Part shown: positions 53,941-64,000 of the stretch, piece by piece | Numbering within the stretch: position 1 is the first letter of the stretch | Layout: every line of letters begins with the position of its first letter | From: Lingula anatina | Taxonomy: Eukaryota; Animalia; Brachiopoda | Assembly (NCBI GenBank): GCA_051362555.1 | Contig: CM120640.1 | Location: 71,030,788 to 71,094,787, forward strand | Direction of reading: 5' to 3' | Length of the DNA stretch: 64,000 nt | Notes under the pieces: model-generated | Told to the model about the DNA's origin: nothing | The model's input: only the letters and a program-made list of their open reading frames with translations | Database searches by the model: none | Made by a program: the position numbers and the translations under genes

Positions 53941-56102
53941 TTTAAAAAATTAAACTGAAAAAGATTTTTAAAAATTCCATATTTAGGTGGATGGAAAACT
54001 CTTGTGTTGGCTGTGTACTATGGCCTACAAAAGGGTGCTAGCTAAAGCTAAAAAGCAAAGGCAAGAAAATGGACGTACAGACACAAATTTGTTGTCCAGT
54101 GTAGACAGTCAGCAGAGTAGTGGCACACCTGGTTTATTAGGCAGCACGGGTACACCTGCCGATGTTAAGAAACTCACAGACAATGAAATGACTCCTAAGA
54201 AAGAGAAATCCAGTAAAGAACCTCATCATGAAAGTAGTAGTACGAGTAGCAGTAAACATCATCATCACCACCACCACCATCATCATCGCTCTCACTCACG
54301 GGATCATAAGAGGAGGAGTAACAATGGTGAGAAGGTGAAGGAAAACAAAGATCACCATCATCATCACCACCACTCTTCCCATCATCACAAACACAGTAAA
54401 GACAGCAAAGATAACAAGTCACATGCTGAAAAGTCCAAAACTCACCATGGGAGTGAAAAGTAAGTACCACTGTGATAGTTTTTAAGGCAGTACGTCTATT
54501 TTCTCAGTTGATGTTTATTATCAAGGTAACAGCACAGAAGATGGTCCATGTTATCATAATAAAGTTTCCTTTTAACATGACTCCATCTGTCTCTCTCTCA
54601 GAAGTTTAAAGTTCAGGCCAGTGGAATCAGATATCATTTTGATCATACACATCTGGATACTGTGCTGCGATAGTTTTACTTTTGGTTGGTGTTGGTTATT
54701 TCCATTATAGTTCCCAGAGTCGGGAAGTTTTTGCCTCTTTATTTGAGTAGTGAAAAAAGATTGATCTTACCTTTTATTTAGATCTCACAACCAAGAACAA
54801 CATGGAGGCAAGAAACCTAAATTGGAAAGAAATGCCTCAAATGGTCTGACTCCAACAAAGAGGTATGTGTTTTAGTGGGCTTCCTTTTAAATATTTTCAT
54901 TTTCAAATTGAAAAGTAATGCTCATTTGATCCTAAAAAATGCCATTTTTGTAATTTTTGAGTTTGTCCTTTAAAGTAACTCCAGTCTATAAACAGGGTGT
55001 ACCAAAGAAATTCCAAGGAGTCTGTTTGGTTCTAGTTTGTCCACTGTGGCCAGTACAGATGACCATGGCCTTGGAGACCCTGCCAGCTCAGACAACATTG
55101 TGGCTCTGACGCAGCTGCGCGAGGAAGTGGAAATGCTGAAAAAGCAAATCCAGCAGAAAGACCAACAACTCCTGGAAAAGGAGAGGAAGGTAGGGCCTTT
55201 AACAAAATTTGGCAATCAATTGAGTTGAAACAATTATAAGTTAATTGCTTACACTGTATCTCTATTCAGTAAGTGATAGGTGCCTTGTTAACGTTTCTGT
55301 TAATGCATTGTTAAAAATGTGCTAGAAGTAGATTTTGTTGTTTAAAAGCATCCATTTATATAAAAGCATTTTCTTCTTATAAAACACCCGTGTTAAAAGG
55401 AAAGAGGAAAGCAGTGAAAACTTGATAAGCAATTCACTCGCTGTGTCTTGTACACTATGTAAACAAGCTTCTGTATTCACAGATGACTGATCTGAAAGCT
55501 AAGAACTTTGAGGTGGAGAAGGAGTTGAGGAGCAAGATTACCACCATGCAGAAACAACAGGAGGAGGCCACTAATCAGATGCAGGTCTGTATAGTGTAGA
55601 CTTGATTCTATCTGGTATAAATCAGAAATCTGAATTTTGTGGAGTGGTTTTTGACTTTAGTGACCCCCAGACCCTCAGTCATATGACTACACACCATTTC
55701 TTTAAAAAAAACTGATTTTTTAGCAGGAGTGATTCATGGTCAGTCTTCTGTCTTGGATAATTATGTACCAAGAGTGATCACTGGTTTTACTATTTTAAAG
55801 AGCTTCCTAGTAGAATTTAAATTATGTTGATACCAAGGCATTTTCCATCATAGAAATTACTAAGCATTGTTGATAATGGGTTTTTGCATGTGTATTTAAG
55901 GCAGTCCATAAAATCATTGACTCAACTTTAAAGATGTCGTAGTATCTGTTGTAAACTTCCAAAGTCTCATAATTCAACATTTCCACCTAAAAGTTCCTGT
56001 TTTATTCTGCAGGCCAAGATACGACAACTCCAGAAAGAAGTAACACAGCTTCAGAAAAATAAAAAGATATCTTCTAGTGCTGTATCAAGCCCAATGGTTT
56101 AA
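52341..56102 (+). CDS. FAM76A: FAM76A/FAM76B family protein (~420 aa; CxxC-rich N-terminus, poly-His region, C-terminal coiled coil)
   Basis: Exons 52341-52421, 52937-53001, 53240-53300 (GC donor), 53542-53697, 53987-54459, 54782-54862, 55036-55189, 55483-55584 and 56013-56102 join in phase. The translation [93 protein letters not shown] closely matches vertebrate FAM76A/B; it is presumably a single invertebrate co-orthologue. Confidence 0.96.
53905..53939. repeat. (TACA)n microsatellite
   Basis: Seen directly. Confidence 0.9.
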
Positions 56103-56446
56103 AACTAGAAGTTGATAAAGGGTGAAACAGAGACATTTTATTTTTGATCTTTATAGAATTTTGAAAGAATTATCCTCCTGAACTGATCAAAATCATGTGG
56201 GATAAATATGAAACTTCTTGCAGTTCAGAAATGTGTGTTTGCTGTACAATTGAAAGAACAAGGAATAATTGGATATAATTACATGAGAGAAAGTGATCTG
56301 GTGTATAAAGTGTGCTTTAATAATCCATATTGAACTTTTAAGGATGTCCAGTTTACCTTAACATCCTTTTATTGAAGTGATTGTTATAGTGCATGAGTTT
56401 TCTTTTTAACGTGCAATTCCTATGAAGCCCAGAGGTGATCAAATGG

Positions 56447-56912
56447 TGTGTTATACCAACAGCTGCGTGGATACTGCACAATACTATGCATTATACCAAC
56501 AGCTGCTTGGATACTGCACAATACTGTGTGTCATACCAACAGTTGCTTGGATACTGCACAATACTGTGTTATACCAACAGCTGCAAGGATACTACACAAT
56601 ACTGTGTTATACCTACAGCTGCCTGGATACTGCACAGCACTGTAAGTTATACCAACAGCTGCCTGGATACTGCACAATACTGTGTTATACCAACAGCTGC
56701 CTGGATACTGCACAATACTGTGTTATACCAACAGCTGCCTGGATACTGCACAATACTGTGTTATACCAACAGCTGCCTGGATATTGCACAATACTGTGTT
56801 ATACCAACAGCTGCCTGGATACTACACAGTATTGTGTCTTATACCAACAGCTGCCTGGATACTGCACAATATTGTGTCTTATACCAACAGCTGCCTGGAT
56901 ACTGCACAATTG
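56447..56912. repeat. 38-40-bp minisatellite (TGTGTTATACCAACAGCTGCCTGGATACTGCACAATAC), ~12 copies, downstream of the FAM76 stop
   Basis: Contiguous tandem units with no spacers. Confidence 0.95.
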
Positions 56913-58271
56913 TGGACATATCCTTTACTTAAAGGCCAAGGACAAGACTGGTTCTGTTGTAAGCATGTGCATTATATTTACGTTTTGTTTTATAGCACCT
57001 GAATTTTTGATGTAAACTTTATTGGATTGTTCTTGATAAAATGTTTGTAATGTTATACTGAAAGAATATTTATTTTCAGCAAGTCAGAGTAGTTTGAGAA
57101 TCTGTTTTAAAGCTGAAGGCTGATTTAATATGTGGCACCTTATGACTAAATGAAGACATTTTATAATTTTTTAAGTGCTTTTAACAAGAATCCCATGGAG
57201 ACATTCTATACTGACATCTTATTTAATTGTATATATATTTGATTATATATAGCATGATAAGACGAGTACGTCTTGAAAAAATAACCTAATTTTATTTGTA
57301 GAATTTAAATTATGTTGATACAAAGTCAAAAAGGTGCATGCTGTTTTCACAAGTCACTTTCCCCCAATTCCTTTATTAAATGTACAGTTCATGGGGAGTG
57401 ATCATTGTGAAACATTTATAAATGCTCCTATCAACAGAAATATACCTCTAGTATAGTCTTGATGTCTTGTGTAGTTATTTTTCTGTCGGCTAAGTTACTT
57501 TTCACTGCAAGCATTTAGCCAGAATCAGTGTGGTGGCTCATTTCAATTTAGATTCTATTTTGGGTGCCATGCCTAACAACCATTGGTGTTAAGGTACATG
57601 TCCACTTTTTTTTTCAAATAACGAGATAACTTTCATGGTAAAATTATAACTTGTAGGGATATTATTTTTAACCTTCTTTAATTTTTGAGCATAGTCCCAT
57701 AAATGTATGCCCTGTTTTCTGGAAACTTTCTGCGATTTACTTTGAAGAGAATGGCAACTACATAAAAGTTTCTTAAGAGAAAAACTCTGATAAGAAGGGT
57801 TTTGTGGTTGGTAACAAATGATTTATATCATGTATGTGAGATATAACGCATTCACCAGAGCAATATATGCCAGAACACTGAGCATTTGCGGCAGTGACAG
57901 CATATTATTTGATGTACATACGAACAGTGTTCACATTTCATCGAAAAACACCCCTTACACCAAATAAAGCATATATATCGCCTAGAGCACATAACATCTT
58001 TGGGTATATGTTGTCTACGATATCACTGTACAAACTTTACCTACAGCATAAAAAAAACATGGTGGTAATCAGCGTCTTACTACTAGATTTTTCTCTATTT
58101 AAGTGTTCAGACTTCAGCAGAGTGGACACAGGAGTATAACACCATGCTTGTGCACATTCATCCACAACATTCCTTTAACATTAGCAGGTAAAAAATATCA
58201 CTGCCCACAAAACCAATTCTTGACATAACTAATGGCAAGTTTTTGTTACTGTAACACCAGCTTTACTGTTC

Positions 58272-61200
58272 CTATGCCACAGAAGCTGCCACATTCTCAT
58301 CATTCAGTGTGTCCGTCTCCTGATGTCTAGCTCTTTCTTTGATGTCAATTACAGTTTTCCCCCTAGCATGCCCACTAGAAACCTTGTCAAATGCCTCTGG
58401 CAACTCTTCAAAGCCATAAATCTTCTCAATGACTGGGCTGATCTGTGAAGGTAAACAAGACAAGGCAGCAAAGCTGTCAAATGTACAGACAAAAAGCAGG
58501 AAATAACTATGCACAAGATAGGCTACTGTCAATTCTGATGCAAAAGTACATTATGTTAAACTGTAAATTCAACATCAATTTTTAATTATGCTCAACAGGA
58601 AATACCAATGAAAGTAAAATGTGTAACAAGCATAAGGCTTCAGGCCCATGAGAGTTCAAGTTCACACTTTGAAAATGTATAACTTCCAGAAAAAGAAGCC
58701 AATTAGACTGCTTTTCCAACTCAGGCTGCATGCCGATTTTCGAACTTGACCTCCGTTTTAGTAAGATCGATTACTCCTGAGAGTTTCACGACAACAGGCC
58801 TATCGGTTTTCCTTGAAATGTGTTTACAGTGTTGCATATATGTTGAAAAGTGAAAGAAAAAAGCATAACTTCTACAATAATGGCCCGATCATCCTGTTTT
58901 TTGAACTTGACCTGGGTTTTATGAATATTCATCAGCTCTTTAAATATAAAGCCCAAAAGTAAAACTGCCTTCCACTTATCGTGTTTACAATAAAAGTGCA
59001 AGGTACATCTGTACATATTTACTGTACTGTTTGAGAACAGTAAGTGACATGGTTTTTCTTAAATGGTCATCATGGGAGCAGTGCCCAAAATAGGTTTTTT
59101 TCAAATTTTGACGCAATATTACATAATGTTTAACAGCATAATGACCATCAATTTTTAAGAATAAAATATTAGTATCATGGATATTCAGAAAATGTGACTA
59201 GCAAAGGTCTTCAGGCCCATGGAACTTCAAAGCCACAACTTGAAAATGCCAAAATGTAAACAAGACAGCACTGTTCTGAAATGGGTTTATTTCCATTTTT
59301 AACAATTTTTAACATAAAACAAAATGAACAGTTTACTGCCATTTTTATATGATCAACTAAGAAAATTGATGAGATTGGAAAAATATCAATATAACAGTGT
59401 TAAATGTCCAATTTCCTCCATTCTGAGATTCTGAACATAGTGGATGATTGAATCTGACAAACTGCAATGATATGAGTTTATTTCCATTTTTGACACTTTA
59501 TTACACAATACACGATAAAAAGTTTACCATCATTTTTACATAATCAACTAACAATGTTGTAAAGATGCAGGAAATGTCAAACAATCACTTTTACGTATCT
59601 TATTAGTTTAATAATGAGACTGTTAACATGCCTAAGAATTGAATCTGAGGAAATGTAAAAAAACAGCACACCTTCTAAAATAATGGCACGATTATGCTGA
59701 TTTACGTACTCAACCTGCATTTTAGTAAAATTGACCACTCCTGTGACTTTCATGACAATTGGCCTATCGGTTTTTCTTATATTGTGTTTACAGTGTTGCA
59801 TATATGCTGAAAAAAGAAAAAAAAGCATAACTACTAAAATAGTGGCCCGATCATGCCAATTTTCGAACTTGACCTGCGTTTTAGTAAGATCAATTTTTCC
59901 TGTGAGTTTCATGACAACAGGCCTATCGGTTTTTGTTGAAATGTGTTTACAGTGTTGCATATATGCTGAAAAGTGAAAAAACAGCATAACTTCTACAATA
60001 ATGGCCCGATCATGCTGATTTTCGAACTTGACCTGCATTTTATGAATATTCATCAGCTCTGTAAATATAAAGCCAAAAAGTAAAACTGCCTTCCACTTAT
60101 CGTGTTTACAAGGAAAGTGCACGGCAACGACGGCGACGGCGACGACAGTCGCAGGTGATGGCAATATGTACAGACACATCTATATATATTTACTGTACTG
60201 TTTGAGAACATGGTTTTTCTTAAATGGTCATCATGGGAGCAGTGCCCAAAATAGGTTTTTTTCAAATTTTGATGCAATATTACATAATGTTTAACAGCAT
60301 GATGACCATCAATTTTTAAGAATAAAATATTAGTATCATGGATATTCAGAAAATGTGACTAGCAAAGGTCTTCAGGCCCATGGAACTTCAAAGTCACAAC
60401 TTGAAAATGCCAAAATGTAAACAAGACAGCACTGTTCTGAAATGTTTTTTTTTTTCATTTTTAACAATTTTTAACATAAAACAAAATTAACAGTTTACTG
60501 CCATTTTTATATTATCAACTAAGAAAATTGATGAGATGGGAAAAATATCAACAGAGCAGTGTTAAATGTCCAATTTCTTCCATTCTGAGATTCTGAACAT
60601 AATGAATGATTGAATCTGACAAACTGCAATGATATGAGTTTATTTCCATTTTTGAAACTTTATTACACAATACACGATAACAAGTTTACCATCATTTTTA
60701 CAAAATCAACTAACAATGTTGTAAAGATGCAGGAAATGTCAAACAAACACTTTTACGTATCTTATTAGTTTAATAATGAGACTGTTAACATGCCTAAGAA
60801 TTGAATCTGAGGAAATGTGAAAAATATGCTGAAAAGTGAAAAAACAGCATAACTTCTACAATAATGGCCCGATCATGCTGATTTTCGAACTTGACCTGCG
60901 TTTTATGAATATTCATCAGCTCTGTAAATATAAAGCCAAAAAGTAAAACTGCCCTCCACTTATCGTGTTTACAAGGAAAGTGCACGGCGCCGGCATCGCC
61001 ATCGCCATCGGCATCGCCATCGCCATCGGCGACGGCGACGACAGACGCAGGTGATGGCAATATGTACAGACACATATGTGTCTGTACATAAAAATGTAAG
61101 AAACAAAATTACAATTTATCCTTCTCTAAGGGTGCATTCCCTGAGATTTAGATCGAACCAGAGATTTAGATTTAGATCGACCTAACTCCCTGGGGGTTCA

Positions 61201-63775
61201 CGCTAAATTGCAGTCAGCCGAGTGCGCACCATAGTTAATTACCCCCTTACAGCTTTTAGTGGGCGGGACAGACATTTAAGCCTGTTAAGCTGACACCAAT
61301 CTAGTGAGACTCCCCAGGGGGATAGATCGATCTAAATATCTATGGGAATGGGGTCTAATTCACATCCCTCCTATCAAGTAAGTCTAGTGTCCAATGCAGA
61401 CTGTATATAGTGCAAACCACACATTATAACAGAATACCGTCTTTGTAATTATCCCATAATATATTTAAAATAAATATCTTGGTAATTTTCTCATAGAAAA
61501 TTCAACATCAACTTTTTTTGTCTTCTGAAAAGTATTCTGTAATTTTGCTGATACGGACCAAAACTGTACAAATCAATTAAAATACTGAAAACTAAAACAA
61601 TTTCAGGATTTATGTTTACCTGTTCTTGATCAACTAGGGTTGCAATTCTCTCAAGGGCCTCACCATTTGGTATGAAGACTGCCCATCTTAAGGACTGGCC
61701 ACTTTGGAAAAACTGGAAATACAATTTATGCTAGTGAACTTATGCTGTACAACATGCACTATGCAGTAAAAAGGTACATATTAAACATTTCAGAAGCAAT
61801 TGTAAATGAATCATGTGAATGAATGACCAGTAAATTGGAAAATATTTTTTTGTCAAAACTGTATTTACCTGAATATTTTTGCAGGCCAGCTCAGTTCCAC
61901 TTTTCACAAAGCCTGCTGGAACACCGATGGTGTCTCCGTTTCTGAGGAAGTTGTGGACCACAGTGACCACTGAGGCATTCCTCCAGGTGTTCAGGTACTG
62001 CTGGGCCTCCTTAGTGACCTGTCCACCCAATGTGTCCAGCACCAGGTCAAACCTAACAAAATAAACCTTCCAGGTGACCCTGTTCTGATATATATATATA
62101 TATACTACTATTATAACACATTGGTTTTCATGCATAACAACATACAACTTGGTATCACATGTAAAATTTTGGCATACAGGCACAAATAATTTTTTTCTTC
62201 ATTTTGCTAAATTTAAGTAACTTTTTCTTGCATTTTTAAGCAACAGAAAAATACAATTAAAAATCAAAATGAATGCGAAAGGTCTTTGCCTCATGATAAC
62301 AGGCTATTAGAAAAGAAATGGAGCTGATTCAGTTCAACAAACTCTTCTTCAACTTTTTCCTCCTTTGTATCAAAATGTTCCAGAAACACATGATAAGAGA
62401 TCATATGTATTTCAATAGCTCCAATTTAGTACATAACTGGGAGTGTTAGAACTGTGGTGGCTGTAACAATGTCACCTACCCTGACAGCCGTGTGAGTTCT
62501 TCAGTGACATTTTGTGTGTTGTAATCTATCACGTTATCAGCACCCAGTGACAGCAACAGAGGCACTGCGTCGGTGGAACAGGTGGTTGTCACCTCTGCAC
62601 CCCAGGCTTTGAGGAGCTGACAGAGAAATAATGAGAATAAATATCTATTGAGGGAACGTACTAAGTATGGGCCACATCTTTAGATGTTTACAGTGTGTAA
62701 TCTTAGAACAATTAAAAACCCAGTATAGCAAAATGAGTATTTTAATACTCATACCATATTTCCACCTGTGCTTGGTTTTCTATTACACTGCTCAGTGTGA
62801 TGGTTTTTTATTCACTTACTTGTATTGCAAAAGTTCCCACTCCCCCTGAACCTGCATAAATCAACACCCTGAAGGAGGATAGAAAAGATTAAAACATTTC
62901 AATCGTTTTCAAACTCAATTTTTAGTCTTCCCCAAAACAAATTCCAAGGTGTAAACATATGAAACTGAGGATTTGATTTAGAAGGTATAAAAATTTACCT
63001 TACTGTATGTGGGTATGTGACAATTAATTTTTTTTTTTGAGTATTTCAAAAATGAAGACTAAGAAAACCCTCCTTGCTCTACCTTTTTCCTGCAGTATTG
63101 TGTTCATTCAGGCCTCCAATGGTAGAAACTGCTGCCCACGTTGTCATGGCAGCATAGGGTATGGAGGCTGCTTCTATATGAGACAATCTCTTGGGTTTCA
63201 GTGAGATCTGAGAACAGAAGTTGAACCATAATATAGATAAATATGTCATCTGTAGGTAGGTAGTCTTCAGTCCTCTTGTGGTTACTAATACTAACTCATA
63301 TTTCAGTTTTCTCAATGAGTTTGGTTAAATGGTCATCAGTATTACTCCTGAACCCTCACCTCACTCTCTGATGATACAGTGAACTCTGCATGTGCTCCTT
63401 GTCTTTGGGCACCAAGGGCTCCCCACACCTTGATTAAAAAAAAAGATCTTATCACTTAGATAAAAATATCTCAGTTTTTGTTACGAGTGCACCATTACAT
63501 GAAGTATTGTATTTTTATTCTGCCTTAATTTTTTTTACTACATGTTCATGACTTTTAATAAGGCTATCCTAATTAAAAGGCTCTAGGAACTGGCCATCTC
63601 TGGCAGACAAGGTGTTAATCTACCTCATCTCCTGGTTTGAATCTCCTCACACCCACTCCTGTCGCCACCACCACACCTGAGAAGTCCCGGCCAAGAGACA
63701 GAGGAAACTCTGACCCAGAACTCAGTGAGCATCGTAGCCTTCTGTAGAAATTTAAAATACTGGATCCATAGCCAG
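58272..63775 (-). CDS. RTN4IP1: Reticulon-4-interacting protein 1, mitochondrial NAD(P)H quinone oxidoreductase (5' exons lie right of the window)
   Basis: Exons 63775-63624, 63428-63360, 63207-63083, 62868-62820, 62616-62480, 62052-61869, 61712-61620 and 58442-58272 join in phase. Motifs: [44 protein letters not shown], the Rossmann fold [49 protein letters not shown] and GHARGKTVI. Confidence 0.95.
58730..61094 (-). mobile_element. Helentron-associated (HINE-like) non-autonomous elements in a tandemly duplicated block
   Basis: On the - strand the order is: T-run, perfect 30-bp palindrome TATGTACAGACACATATGTGTCTGTACATA (61061-61090), GTCGCC-type microsatellite, then ~160-bp internal tandem repeats. 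The block is also duplicated with a period of ~1.17 kb (59020 vs 60191). Confidence 0.65.
61130..61355. mobile_element. PIF/Harbinger-like MITE, subfamily B (inverted orientation), in an RTN4IP1 intron
   Basis: TAA|GGGTGCATTCCC...TGGGAATGGGGTC|TAA. Confidence 0.85.
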
Positions 63776-64000
63776 CTGAAATATTTACAAAATCATCGGT
63801 GAAAATTGACTACAAATTGCATCTTCTGCTCACAAACAGCAATCTCTTTACAGCACATCATCAAGTACCCGGTATTAGGAGGTAAAAACTGACAGTTCAA
63901 TTTATCTCAGCATTCATTATACAATTATTTAGCTGTAGTGATATATCATGCCCTTAAACACAAGGCTTGCACATCATGTCAGAGAAATGTAATCTTATAA

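Noticed and set aside
56422-57015. Long Cys/Tyr-rich ORFs and a CRISPR-like periodicity
   Set aside because: The units are contiguous with no unique spacers and the genome is eukaryotic. The 38-40-bp unit makes the same peptides appear in all three frames, which indicates a minisatellite artefact.
59577-61075. 200-aa and 93-aa - strand ORFs inside the RTN4IP1 intron
   Set aside because: They are translations of HINE-like internal tandem repeats and microsatellite, with no transposase or Rep/helicase motifs.

Overview
This is eukaryotic genomic DNA from an invertebrate animal (lophotrochozoan/mollusc-like, by inference only), AT-rich with spliceosomal introns. I reconstructed five intron-containing genes by hand from splice sites and reading-frame phase. 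(1) A PCDH15/Cad99C-like cadherin (- strand, ATG at 21241, 20 exons visible, 11.7-kb intron 2, runs off the left edge). (2) MsrA (- strand, 44124-41260). (3) CEP57 (- strand, 51954-46252). (4) FAM76A/B (+ strand, 52341-56102), head-to-head with CEP57. (5) The 3' part of RTN4IP1 (- strand, runs off the right edge). About 20 kb between the cadherin start and MsrA has no recognisable protein gene. Repeats include nine copies of a palindromic TWA-targeting (PIF/Harbinger, Tourist-like) MITE family, CAG..CTG MITEs with 5-bp target-site duplications (TSDs), a Helentron-associated (HINE-like) tandem block, minisatellites and microsatellites. The most notable observations are: MsrA ends in KDEL and has a two-Met N-terminus, suggesting a possible ER-lumen MsrA; an 89-bp tandem array across a CEP57 splice acceptor creates four frame-preserving 48-nt candidate mini-exons; and the CEP57/FAM76 divergent pair matches the human arrangement.
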